Assembly: GCA_050173015.1 (NCBI GenBank)
Contig: JBFXLE010000007.1
Coordinates: 32,001 to 96,000, forward strand
Direction: 5' to 3'
DNA length: 64,000 bases
Origin: Calditrichaceae bacterium
GTDB lineage: Bacteria > Calditrichota > Calditrichia > Calditrichales > JBFXGD01
Part shown: positions 39,433-49,544 of the stretch, piece after piece
Numbering within the stretch: position 1 is the stretch's first letter
How the letters are laid out: each line of letters opens with the position of its first letter
Translations under genes and position numbers: made by a program
Notes under the pieces: model-generated
Seen by the model: only the letters and a program-made list of their open reading frames with translations
What the model was told of the DNA's origin: nothing
Database searches by the model: none

Positions 39433-41838
39433 CTATGCTGCTTCCTTATACAATTCTGTTTCAAGTTCTTTAATCATTTTTAGATAGCCGTTTCTACCGC
39501 CAAAAAGTTTGACGATTTCCGCGGGTGTTCCGATTTCACTAAAAGGATCAATACGTAAAACCGCTAAATCTTCGATGTTTTCAATACCTTCCGTTGCGTA
39601 TTTATCAAGCAGGGCATCAATTATATTCCTTGCCTGTTCGCCATATTTAGTAAAGTAATTGCGTTTCTTCACATTTTCAGCCCGTTCGCGCCTTGTCAGC
39701 GCGGGCATATCCCAGGCCACATGACAAATCAGATCAAATAAATCCAAATCCTTTTTAACTTCTTCTTTTAGATTTTCAAGGATAATGCCTTCGGCTTCCA
39801 GTTCATCAATCAACGCTTTTTTCTTTTCGGCGGAATTCCAGCTCGACAAGAATTCATCCAGGCTGCGATATGTTTTAAGGATGTTCCTTTTCGTATAGTC
39901 TTTCAGGCTTTCTGTAATTAATGTACCATCACCATCCAAAAATTGAACACGTTCATTAAGAACTGAAACATCTACTCCCGCCACATAGATCTTATTTCTT
40001 CGTTCAGATACAATTTCTCCGCCTGTAACAGTATGTGGTTCTCCATAATCAGCATTGTTTTCACCCTCAAAGTCAATTTCTTCTCCGGATTCTTCATCTA
40101 TAAAGTCTTCCTGTCCTTCCGGATTTATATCATCATCAGTGAGCGGTTGATCCGCGTCAACTTCTTTGACCATCACCGGATCGCCGTCAAAAGCAGGATC
40201 AGCAAATAAGTCCGTGACATTGCGGAAATCCATAATGGTAAAGTAGGTTTTATCAAATTCTTCATTGATGCGTGTGCCGCGTCCGATGATCTGCTTGAAT
40301 TCGGTCATTGATTGGATATTGGAATCCAGTACAATCAGTTTGCAGGTTTGCGCGTCCACACCGGTCGACATCAATTTGGAAGTGGTGGCAATAACCGGAT
40401 AAGTCTCTTCGGGATTGATAAAATTATCCAGTTCACGTTTTCCTTCATCCTCATCGCCGGTTATGCGCATGACATATTTATAGTTTTCCTGTACCAAATC
40501 TGTATTGAAGTTAGAGATCGCCTGACGCATGCGTTCCGCATGTTCGATATCAACGCAAAAAATAATTGTCTTGTCGAAGCGGTTCGTTTTTGTTAAAAAC
40601 TCAGTAACTTTATTGGCGACTAATTCAGTACGCGGATCGATCACCAAATTGCGGTCATAATCTTTGGTATTATATAACCGGTCTTCTATCAGATTTCCGT
40701 CTTTATCGGTTTTACCTGATTCCGGCCTCCAACCTTCCAAATCCACATTAATTCCAACACGAATCACTTTATATGGCGCCAGAAATCCATCGGAAATACC
40801 TTGTCTGAGAGAATAGGTATAAATAGGATCGCCAAAATATTCTATATTTGAAACATCTCTTGTTTCTTTTGGCGTTGCGGTTAGACCAATATGAGTTGCT
40901 GTATTAAAATATTCCAGAATTTCCCGCCAGGCGCTATCAGCGGACGCGCTTCCACGATGGCATTCATCTACAACGATCAGGTCAAAAAAGTCACGACTAA
41001 ATTCTCTGTAAGCGTCTTTATCTTCATCATAGCTTGTCAAACCCTGATACAGGGCAAGGTATATTTCAAAAGCCTTGTCAATTTGCTTTTTGCGAATAAC
41101 CGTCATGCGCTCTTTGAAATGTTTGAAATCGCCGCGCTTGGTTTGATTGATTAAAGCGTTACGGTCAGCAAGAAACAGAATGCGTTTGGCAGTTCCACTT
41201 TTCCACAGACGATAAATGATTTGAAAAGCCGCGTAGGTTTTACCCGTCCCGGTTGCCATAACGATTAGAATTCTGTTTTGTCCCCGGGCGATGGCTTCAA
41301 CTGTTCTGTTAACTGCTATTTGTTGGTAATAGCGCGGCTTTCTTCCCGAACCGTCAATGAAATAATCATGGGATGAAATACGCTCTTGTTCGCTTGTTTC
41401 AATGCCTTTGAATTTTTTATAGCGGAGCCAGAGTTCTTCCGGAGCGGGAAAATTTTCCAGAGATAACTCTGTTTCGATTTGCCCGGTAGATTTAGTTCGA
41501 TCGTGTTCCAGAAAGCCATCACCATTGGAACTATATGCAACAGGAATATCCAGAATTTCAGCATAATCCAAACCTTGCTGCATACCAGCGCCAACTGAGT
41601 GCTTATTATCTTTTGCTTCAATTACGGCAATTGGAATATTGGATTTGTAGTAAAAAATGATGTCCGCTTTTTTAGCCTTGCCGCGTTTTGTTTTGTTGCC
41701 TTTAACATAAATTCGCCCGGCTGTAAAATAGACTTCCTCCCGAACTTGCTTTTGAATATCCCAACCTGCTTTTTCCAGGTTTGGAATAATATACTTGGTG
41801 ATTATGTCTCGTTCTGTTAAATCTCTTTTTGACGTCAT
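39433..41838 (-). CDS. hsdR: Type I R-M restriction subunit (EcoAI/EcoEI-like)
   Basis: IEAK, MATGTGKT, DECHRGS, TATP, QIIGRGTR and EcoEI-type C-terminus. Confidence 0.96.
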   Translation of the reverse strand: MTSKRDLTERDIITKYIIPNLEKAGWDIQKQVREEVYFTAGRIYVKGNKTKRGKAKKADIIFYYKSNIPIAVIEAKDNKHSVGAGMQQGLDYAEILDIPVAYSSNGDGFLEHDRTKSTGQIETELSLENFPAPEELWLRYKKFKGIETSEQERISSHDYFIDGSGRKPRYYQQIAVNRTVEAIARGQNRILIVMATGTGKTYAAFQIIYRLWKSGTAKRILFLADRNALINQTKRGDFKHFKERMTVIRKKQIDKAFEIYLALYQGLTSYDEDKDAYREFSRDFFDLIVVDECHRGSASADSAWREILEYFNTATHIGLTATPKETRDVSNIEYFGDPIYTYSLRQGISDGFLAPYKVIRVGINVDLEGWRPESGKTDKDGNLIEDRLYNTKDYDRNLVIDPRTELVANKVTEFLTKTNRFDKTIIFCVDIEHAERMRQAISNFNTDLVQENYKYVMRITGDEDEGKRELDNFINPEETYPVIATTSKLMSTGVDAQTCKLIVLDSNIQSMTEFKQIIGRGTRINEEFDKTYFTIMDFRNVTDLFADPAFDGDPVMVKEVDADQPLTDDDINPEGQEDFIDEESGEEIDFEGENNADYGEPHTVTGGEIVSERRNKIYVAGVDVSVLNERVQFLDGDGTLITESLKDYTKRNILKTYRSLDEFLSSWNSAEKKKALIDELEAEGIILENLKEEVKKDLDLFDLICHVAWDMPALTRRERAENVKKRNYFTKYGEQARNIIDALLDKYATEGIENIEDLAVLRIDPFSEIGTPAEIVKLFGGRNGYLKMIKELETELYKEAA

Positions 41839-41940
41839 CGCAAATCCAAAATAATTTACTTACCCGCCATGGACAGCGGGTTAAGAAAGGTAGGTAATTT
41901 TTTAATAACAGACAAAAATATACTCAGAAAATTTAAAAGC

Positions 41941-42070
41941 ATTTAACAGTTAGCATAAGGGGATTTAAACCCCACGGCCAGTAGCTTCAACTTACTAAAT
42001 TTTTCTTCGGTTTAAAAGAAATTCAAAAGAACCGTACGCGTTTAAATTCCCTTTAATGCTTTTGTTATGC
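41941..42070 (-). mobile_element. Integron attC site (130 bp)
   Basis: Minus strand R'' GCATAAC-N5-L'' CATTAAAG ... L' CCTTATG-N6-R' GTTAAAT, with an extra base in L''. Confidence 0.8.
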
Positions 42071-42071
42071 A

Positions 42072-42974
42072 TTACTTGAATAAATCAACAACTTCTTTTG
42101 CAGATAACAATTTTTCATAAGAGGTGTATCTCGGGCTCTGCAAAATTCCCTGCTTTGCTCTGCCATATTTTATAGGCCCAATTGGTTTTGCTGGTGCAAT
42201 AAAATTCAATTTATATTTTCCACCATCCCCATAAGGTTCAATAGACTCAACTTCAGCGTAATGCGTCACTGCTGAAATAGGAGCAGTTTGATATGCGGCT
42301 ATGTATTTAATTTCATTTAGTTTTCCACCACCAATTCTAATTGCCCACCAGCAGTTTTCACCAATGAAAACATCTTTAAACCCATCTTCCTGTGCAGGAA
42401 CGATAATAGTATCTTGCAACCCCTTTTTCTTTATTATATTCTGTGGATGAGACGCAACTTCAATTTTCTTGCCCTTTTCAAACACTCTAATTTCAACCAA
42501 AGGCAGAATGCTCAAAATCTCATTAAGAAATTCCTGTGTATCAGCTCGCTCTGCTTCTGTTAATACAGGTTCATTCGGGGTTGCATTATTATCTAATTTT
42601 GATCTGCCAATACTTTTTGCTCTATCAATCAAAGCCCACTCAAGCCAAGTAATGTGTGCCCGATTAAGCCCCCCATTACTTGAGACAAAGATCAAAACTT
42701 TATCCCAGAACTCTTTATTCTTCTCGTGAGAATCAATTCGGTTTCTTACACCGTCCCCCTGACCAATGTAAAGGGTTGGGAGATCATCACCTTCCTGATA
42801 TCCAAAGAGAATATAGGCACCGGCTTGGTCAAGTTCCTTTCTGTTTCTATACTTATCCCAGTTATCTCTTGAAATTTCCAATCCAATACCAGTCCAATTC
42901 ATTTTATCAATAATTTTAAATGTATTTGGGTCCCCATCGGGAACAAATAAACGAATAGTGTAAGGTTTCGACAT
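42072..42974 (-). CDS. GIY-YIG nuclease family protein (cassette gene)
   Basis: GAYILFG...LYIGQG..RNRIDSH, KEFW and LE motifs; extra C-terminal domain. Confidence 0.85.
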   Translation of the reverse strand: MSKPYTIRLFVPDGDPNTFKIIDKMNWTGIGLEISRDNWDKYRNRKELDQAGAYILFGYQEGDDLPTLYIGQGDGVRNRIDSHEKNKEFWDKVLIFVSSNGGLNRAHITWLEWALIDRAKSIGRSKLDNNATPNEPVLTEAERADTQEFLNEILSILPLVEIRVFEKGKKIEVASHPQNIIKKKGLQDTIIVPAQEDGFKDVFIGENCWWAIRIGGGKLNEIKYIAAYQTAPISAVTHYAEVESIEPYGDGGKYKLNFIAPAKPIGPIKYGRAKQGILQSPRYTSYEKLLSAKEVVDLFK

Positions 42975-42997
42975 TTATTTTACCTCAAAATTATAAT

Positions 42998-43054
42998 GCA
43001 TAACATATTGATTGGACGTCTCAGCTAATTATCATTTTATTCTAAAATTAGAAA
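42998..43054 (-). mobile_element. attI-like simple site / cassette 5' junction
   Basis: GTCCAAT-N6-GTTATGC; GTTATGCATTA is the exact complement of the cassette 3' end; 43005-43054 is 40/50 identical to 44116-44165. Confidence 0.55.
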
Positions 43055-43365
43055 AATTAACAATCGTAAACAGTTCACTCCTTCGTTCAACAGAATAAGT
43101 GCCTTTTAAGACACACCGCTGACCATTATGACTTTTTATTGGAATTCCGGCGCAAGATTATATCCATATAATGAGCTGACCTCTATCTGAACCACATTAT
43201 CAACCGTTTGTGTCTGCAATGATTGAAGTAAAAAAATAAAATCGTAATTATTATAAACAAAAGGAATGAAATTTTCAAGGGTGGTTTAACCTACACGTAA
43301 ACGATATACTCCTTTCCCATAGCAATTTTTGTAAACTCCGGGTTTTAATACATTCACTTATTCCC

Positions 43366-43483
43366 AATCCCGAAGGGATTACACGTTAATAGAAAAACAG
43401 ACCCCACATCATCTGCGACCCCGTGGGGGTCGAACTATTACGGCGGAAATCCTATTCTACTAAGCTGTGACACCTCCGGCGTC
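43366..43483. repeat. REP-like hairpin triplet
   Basis: AATCCCGAAGGGATT, CGACCCCGTGGGGGTCG and degenerate GACACCTCCGGCGTC. Confidence 0.65.
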
Positions 43484-43615
43484 GGAGTTTCCGGTTTTAA
43501 CCATTGATAATCGTCATACCCTTTTTCTCTTAAAACAGGGTCAATCAAGTAATAATGGGTTTCTGCTTCATTATAGGCCATTCAATAACTCCAACGTTAA
43601 AAAGAAAAGTATCTT

Positions 43616-43897
43616 TTAGCCACCATAATCTCTTACAAGTTCAAATGTCTTATACCAATAAAAGAATGCCTGCGGATTCGATTTCTTTAATTTGTTTAAA
43701 CGCGTAAAAAATGGTTGAACAGTGGCCCAATCCTTAATTTGAATCGCATTTTCAAATCGTTCCGGCGTGTTTATTTTGAATTTGATCAGCTTGCTCAAAT
43801 AAGCCGCTTTTGCCGCGTGAACAATGGCTTTTTCAATTTGATAGGTATCCGAGAAAATGAAAGCATGTATTTGTGAGATGCCGCTTTGCGGTTTTTC
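43616..43897 (-). pseudogene. C-terminal fragment of an AbiEii/AbiGii-like nucleotidyltransferase toxin
   Basis: Open frame without a start: ...IFSDTYQIEKAIVHAAKAAYL...LNKLKKSNPQAFFYW; family recalled from similarity. Confidence 0.55.
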
Positions 43898-44237
43898 TTA
43901 GATACGGAACTTATTCAGTCAAGCTATAATGTATTCATTGAAATCATTTGTAGAAATTACTTAAAACCAGAGAACGCCTTTTTAATCTCGCTAAAATTAA
44001 GTTTCATAATGTTTACAACATACCTAATTATTGGCAGCAAATCATTTTAAGTGCCAATAATTTGAAATTTAAATATATATGGGGGAAATGAAGATCAACT
44101 CCAAAAGCAACTAAAATATTGATTAGACGTCTCTGTAAATTATACTTTTATGCCAATATTGGAAATCCGGCCGAAAATTGTATCCAAATAATGAAAGGAT
44201 GATTAAGGTTGACTGTTTCCCGGCCTAAAATAACGTC

Positions 44238-44401
44238 TCCCCTCTGTATATTTATGCGCCCCTCTTATGATTTACCCTTCCCGCTGCATATTTATGCGCT
44301 CCCGCTAAATTTTTTGGCTTCCCGCTGAATATTTATGCATCCCGTCAGGGGTTTTTAGCTTCCCGCTCCATTTTGACACGTCCCGTCACGGGTTTGCGGG
44401 A
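44238..44401. repeat. About 8 degenerate 20-21-bp tandem units with TCCCG core
   Basis: e.g. TCCCGCTGCATATTTATGCGC / TCCCGCTGAATATTTATGCA. Confidence 0.75.
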
Positions 44402-44602
44402 CAAATGCTATCCGGGCCGCTAAAATCTTTCATCGGGACGGAAAAGTTAACCGGTTGGAATTTTGCAACAGATAAAATCATTTACACTATTGATTCGTTA
44501 AGGATCAAATCGTTCGATTTTGATTGACTTAGTGAATGCTAATAACTTAACTTGTCACCTTCTAAAATAATGTACAGTTTAAAATAAAGGCGGGGATCAA
44601 TA

Positions 44603-46849
44603 ATGCCGGGTACAGTTCTGATTATCACAGGGGTTTTGGCCACCATTGTTTCAATTTACCAGTACTTTCTGGTCACCAAAGAAGAATCGATACCTCTGAA
44701 AAAGAGAAAAAACACAGACGCGCATCTCCGGATCGCGCGTTTGAGTTATTATATAATGACCTTCGCTGTTAGTTTGGCGTCCGTCTATTTATTCTATCTT
44801 ATTTTTTCACACCAGTTTCAATTTAAATATGTGTACAGCTATACCTCCCGTGATCTGCCCACAGGATTTTTGTTTTCCGCCTTCTGGGCCGGACAGGAAG
44901 GATCTTTCCTTTTATGGGCGCTGCTTATCGCTTTGATGGGCGCCGCCTTTATAAAAACCGCGAATCATCTTGAAGCCCGATCCATGTTGGTTGTGAATCT
45001 TATTCAGGGATTCTTTCTGGTGATTCTCGTGAAAGCCAGCCCCTTTGCCGTCATGGCGCAAACACCGCCGGACGGAGCGGGATTAAATCCGCTTTTGCAG
45101 AACTTCTGGATGGTTATTCATCCGCCGGTTTTGTTCGTCGGATATGCCGCGGCATCATTCCCCTTAGCGCTTGGTTTAGCGGCGCTGATGAAAAAAGAAT
45201 ACGACGGCTGGGTTAAATTGGCGCTTCCCTGGGCCGCCTTTACTTCCCTAACTCTGGGAGCGGGTATCATTCTTGGCGCGTTCTGGGCCTATGAGACACT
45301 CGGATGGGGCGGATACTGGGGCTGGGATCCCGTTGAAAATTCATCTTTAATTCCCTGGTTAACCACTCTCGCGCTGATACACAGTCTGATCGTTCAGAAG
45401 ATGAAAGGCTCACTCAAAAAAACAAATTTTGTTCTTGTGATCATTACCTTTATTCTGGTGATTTACGCGACATTCCTTACGCGAAGCGGTGTGCTTTCCG
45501 ATTTTTCGGTTCACTCTTTCGCCAACCTGGGCATCAACAATTATCTGATTGTGTTTATGTTGACCTTTTTACTGCTCGGTTTCGGTATATTTTTAATGCG
45601 CAGGAATGATATTCCGTTCGTGGCGATTGATAAAGCGTTCGCCAACCGTGAAAACGGGTTGTTTGTAAGCATTTATGTTTTTCTCGCTTTCGCCTTCCTG
45701 ACATTTATCGGGACATCGTCCCCTATTATAACCGGATTTCTGAGCACCCCTTCACAGGTGAATATCAGTTTTTACAATCAGGTCAACCTTCCCGTGGCGA
45801 TTATTATGGCGCTGCTTCTGGGCATCATCCCTTGGCTGACATGGATTGAGCACAACAACACCGATATCATCAGGCGTTCGCTGCCTTCTCTGGTTTTTGC
45901 GATGGTCGCGGGAATCACCGCCTATGTGTTTGGTATCAATAAACCATTAATGCTTATATTCATTGTCACGGCAGCCTTCACCACCTGGACCAATATCTTT
46001 GTGATTTTTAAGCAGTGGAAAAAGGGATGGCAGAATACCGGCGCGCCGGTTTCCCATTTTGGCATCGGGATCATGATGATCGGTATCGTTGTCTCCGGTT
46101 CACTTGACAAGACGGACCGGCTGTTTTTGACCCAAAATCAACCGACAAACGTACTGGGTTATGAACTAACCTATCTTGGTATATCCGAGAAAGAAGACGG
46201 TAAATCGGTTGTTAATATCAAAGTCAGAAATGAAAGTGAAGAATATACCGCTCAGCCGAGACTCTATTTCAGCCCGAAAAATAACGGCATGATGCGTGAA
46301 CCGGATGTTCGGCCCGGATTTATAGAAGATTTGTATATCTCTCCCCTGGAGAGACAGATTTCCGCCGCGGCGTCAGCGGATCATTCCATGATCATCAAAA
46401 AAGGCGAGAGTAAAATTGCCGGCAATTATAAAATAGAATTTGTCGAATACGATATGAACAGCCATTCCGAATCAGGTAATATGAATATCGGCGCTGTCCT
46501 GAATATTTCGAACGGGTCCTCAGCGATTAAGGCGGTACCGGTCATGGAGATGAGCGCGCAGGGACGGAGACCTATCCCGGCGGCAGTACATTTGGAATCT
46601 GATGGCGGTGAGCCGGCTCACGCGACCGTCTCACTGATCGGAATAAACGCGAGCAACAAGACCGTAGAGTTGTCTATAAAAGGTTTCCCCGGGATGTCGC
46701 ATGCTTCGGTCGCCCCGGCGGAAAAGCTCGTTATTGAAATCAGTATAAAACCGTTCATGACGATTCTTTGGATCGGTACCATCATCATGATGACCGGCGG
46801 GCTTATTTCGGTATTAAAAAGATCTAAAGCGGCCGGTTCAACAGATTAA
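44603..46849 (+). CDS. ccmF: Cytochrome c maturation heme lyase CcmF/NrfE
   Basis: WAGQEGS, GLNPLLQ, HPP, WGGYWGWDPVEN, TRSG and SVHSF. Confidence 0.93.
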   Translation: MPGTVLIITGVLATIVSIYQYFLVTKEESIPLKKRKNTDAHLRIARLSYYIMTFAVSLASVYLFYLIFSHQFQFKYVYSYTSRDLPTGFLFSAFWAGQEGSFLLWALLIALMGAAFIKTANHLEARSMLVVNLIQGFFLVILVKASPFAVMAQTPPDGAGLNPLLQNFWMVIHPPVLFVGYAAASFPLALGLAALMKKEYDGWVKLALPWAAFTSLTLGAGIILGAFWAYETLGWGGYWGWDPVENSSLIPWLTTLALIHSLIVQKMKGSLKKTNFVLVIITFILVIYATFLTRSGVLSDFSVHSFANLGINNYLIVFMLTFLLLGFGIFLMRRNDIPFVAIDKAFANRENGLFVSIYVFLAFAFLTFIGTSSPIITGFLSTPSQVNISFYNQVNLPVAIIMALLLGIIPWLTWIEHNNTDIIRRSLPSLVFAMVAGITAYVFGINKPLMLIFIVTAAFTTWTNIFVIFKQWKKGWQNTGAPVSHFGIGIMMIGIVVSGSLDKTDRLFLTQNQPTNVLGYELTYLGISEKEDGKSVVNIKVRNESEEYTAQPRLYFSPKNNGMMREPDVRPGFIEDLYISPLERQISAAASADHSMIIKKGESKIAGNYKIEFVEYDMNSHSESGNMNIGAVLNISNGSSAIKAVPVMEMSAQGRRPIPAAVHLESDGGEPAHATVSLIGINASNKTVELSIKGFPGMSHASVAPAEKLVIEISIKPFMTILWIGTIIMMTGGLISVLKRSKAAGSTD

Positions 46850-46864
46850 ATGGGGCTCTGCCGG

Positions 46865-47395
46865 TTATTTTAACAACTCGGCGATCAGCATTACCGCGAC
46901 ACTGCAGATCAGACCGACAATAAAAGACATATAAGCAAGGCGGATAAAGCGGTATTTTTTATCCGCCAAAAATTTTCCGAGCGTATAAATTTCTCTGATT
47001 TGCAGTTCATAACTTTTGGAAGGATCATTCATTGCTTCTTCCATGGCATTTTCAAATTGTCTGTAGTCAAGCCGAACAAAGTTGCCAAAAAACAGCAGAT
47101 TAAATTCGGGGTCATTAACATCCGGAGGTTTTCCCTGTTTAATGGGCACTCGTACCTTGGGCATAACCGTATAAACCGCGAGAACCAGCGTCACGAGACA
47201 AAAGGCGATCAAGACCATCGCCGCCCACTTTAAATCGGGATCCGTTACATACCTGGCCGAAAGTGTGATCACCACCGACGCCATAGTCATAAGAATATTC
47301 GCCTTGAGATCGGCCATTGAACTGAGCTGCACATGATGGTTTCTTGTCTGTCGAACTAACTGATCAAGGTGAGCGCCCGCATGATGAATCTTCAT
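46865..47395 (-). CDS. Pycsar effector-like (DUF5706) membrane protein, stand-alone
   Basis: HVQLSSMADLKANIL, NLLFFGNF and LADKKYRFIRLAY; 3 TM helices. Confidence 0.8.
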   Translation of the reverse strand: MKIHHAGAHLDQLVRQTRNHHVQLSSMADLKANILMTMASVVITLSARYVTDPDLKWAAMVLIAFCLVTLVLAVYTVMPKVRVPIKQGKPPDVNDPEFNLLFFGNFVRLDYRQFENAMEEAMNDPSKSYELQIREIYTLGKFLADKKYRFIRLAYMSFIVGLICSVAVMLIAELLK

Positions 47396-47535
47396 AAATC
47401 CCCCCATAAAAATAGTTTCCAAGGTCATTGTGTTTTGCGTAATTTAACAAAATCTTTTAAAAATTGTAACTACGTTGAATTTTTCATCTCTAACTAATTC
47501 AAGATTATTTTTCTATAACATAAGGAGTCAGAACA

Positions 47536-47922
47536 ATGGGATATCATTTTAGCAAGGAAACAGAGTACGGTTTTCAGGAAGCTATCGATCTTATTACCAT
47601 GAAGCTCAAAGAAGCCGGTTTCGGAATCATTACCGAGATAGATATTACAAATACATTCAAAACCAAACTGAATGTGGATTTCAGAAATTATCGCATTTTA
47701 GGCGCCTGTAATCCGGCGAACTCTTACAAAGTTTTACAACATGACGACAAAGCCGGTACAATGCTGCCTTGCAATGTGGTTGTACAGGAAAAAACAAACG
47801 GTAAAACGGAAATTACTTTTATTGACCCGATCGCCTCATTCAAGGCTGTGGAAAATAAGGAAGTGCAGAAAATCGTTTCTGAAATCAGTAAAACGATGAA
47901 ATCTGTTTTTGAACAAATATAA
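47536..47922 (+). CDS. DUF302 protein
   Basis: GFGIITEID, YRILGACNP and MLPCNVVV. Confidence 0.9.
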   Translation: MGYHFSKETEYGFQEAIDLITMKLKEAGFGIITEIDITNTFKTKLNVDFRNYRILGACNPANSYKVLQHDDKAGTMLPCNVVVQEKTNGKTEITFIDPIASFKAVENKEVQKIVSEISKTMKSVFEQI

Positions 47923-48113
47923 ATAATTTTCAGAAAAAATCTCGTTATATCCTATTTTAAAATTTTTTAACCGGCGATTCCAAATCATCTTCAGATGAAG
48001 TTAAAAGATTCGTATAGGGTATTTCCCGCCTTATTTGCATCGTTCTTTTTAAACCTTTAAATTTTGAGCAATTATAATCATTATATTTGAAGACGCACGC
48101 GAAGAAAGGCCTT

Positions 48114-49544
48114 ATGACAACCTCCATTCAAAACACTATTATCAGGCTCTTTGAAGACTGGGCGAATGAACCTCATTTAAAGATATATCAACTTCCGAGA
48201 CAGGGATCCGACCGGCAGTACTTCCGCGTTTCCGGCGATAAAAAAACAGCCATCGGAGTGTATAATCCTGATCGTAAAGAAAACACCGCCTTTATCAGTT
48301 TTTCAGAACATTTTTTATCCAAAGGGTTAAATGTCCCCGAAATTTATTCTCAGAATTCAGATAAAAACAGTTATCTCATTCAGGATCTGGGCGACACCAC
48401 TCTCTTTTCATATCTGACAACCAGTCGGGAAACCGACGTGTTTCCACAACCCTTGATGAGCCTTTACAAAAAAGTAATCGACGCGCTTCCCCGATTCCAG
48501 ATCGAGGGCGGCAGAGAAATCGATTACGGTCTCTGCTATCCCCGAAGCAGCTTCGACAGACAATCGATGATGTGGGATCTTAACTATTTTAAATATTATT
48601 TTTTAAAATTGGCAAAAATCCCCTTTGATGAACAGAATCTCGAAGACGATTTTCTTAAATTTACAGATTATTTACTCGAAGCGGATCATGACTATTTTAT
48701 GTACCGGGATTTCCAGTCACGCAATATCATGATCCGGGATGATGAGCCTTTTTTTATTGATTATCAGGGCGGCAGAAAGGGCCCGCTTCAATATGATCTG
48801 GCTTCGCTCCTGTATGACGCGAAAGCCGATCTGCCAAATGAAATCCGTCAGGAGTTGCTTGAGCGGTATATGGAAACTATCGGACAACTTATTAAGTTTG
48901 ACCGCGATAAATTTCTACGGCATTATTACGGTTTTGTTCTCATCCGTATTATGCAGGCATTGGGGGCCTATGGATTTCGGGGATTCTATGAACGCAAAGA
49001 ACATTTTCTGCAAAGCGTCCCCTATGCTATTCAAAATCTCGAATGGATTCTTCGCAATACAGATCTTCCGGCCGGGATCCCGGAGCTCAAAAACGCCTGG
49101 GAACAAATGGTCCAGACCGCTGAACTGCGTCAGTTCGGACACGCGCATTTGCATCTGAATGTACGGGTACAAAGTTTTTCATACAGACGGGGGATCCCAC
49201 TGGATGAAAAAGGAAACGGCGGCGGATTTGTTTTTGACTGCCGGCTACTGCCCAATCCGGGGAGATATGATGAATATAAAGAACTGACCGGGAATGATCC
49301 TGAAGTCATTGCATTTCTGGAAAAAAAAGATGAAGTCTCATCTTTTCTGTCACAATTAAAAACGGTGATTGACCAGGCCGTTGAATCCTATCAAAAACAA
49401 AATTATACGGATTTGATGATCGCCTTCGGTTGTACCGGAGGGCAGCACCGATCGGTTTATTGCGCGAATCAGATGACCGCGCATCTCAGAGAAAAATATA
49501 ATATCAGCGTTGATCTGAGACACCGGGAGCAGGAGAGGAAGTAG
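48114..49544 (+). CDS. AmgK-like phosphotransferase fused to a RapZ-like C-terminal domain
   Basis: GSDRQYFR, YRDFQSRN and IDYQG; FDCRLLPNPG and FGCTGGQHRSV. Confidence 0.88.
   Translation: MTTSIQNTIIRLFEDWANEPHLKIYQLPRQGSDRQYFRVSGDKKTAIGVYNPDRKENTAFISFSEHFLSKGLNVPEIYSQNSDKNSYLIQDLGDTTLFSYLTTSRETDVFPQPLMSLYKKVIDALPRFQIEGGREIDYGLCYPRSSFDRQSMMWDLNYFKYYFLKLAKIPFDEQNLEDDFLKFTDYLLEADHDYFMYRDFQSRNIMIRDDEPFFIDYQGGRKGPLQYDLASLLYDAKADLPNEIRQELLERYMETIGQLIKFDRDKFLRHYYGFVLIRIMQALGAYGFRGFYERKEHFLQSVPYAIQNLEWILRNTDLPAGIPELKNAWEQMVQTAELRQFGHAHLHLNVRVQSFSYRRGIPLDEKGNGGGFVFDCRLLPNPGRYDEYKELTGNDPEVIAFLEKKDEVSSFLSQLKTVIDQAVESYQKQNYTDLMIAFGCTGGQHRSVYCANQMTAHLREKYNISVDLRHREQERK

Noticed and set aside
39348-39464. 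39-aa N-terminal extension of GxxExxY copy 3
   Set aside because: It is read-through of hairpin 4 and overlaps hsdR; the other copies start at MNENE.
44238-44401. Mini-CRISPR
   Set aside because: The conserved core is only about 5-7 bp, and the intervening parts are short and mutually similar.
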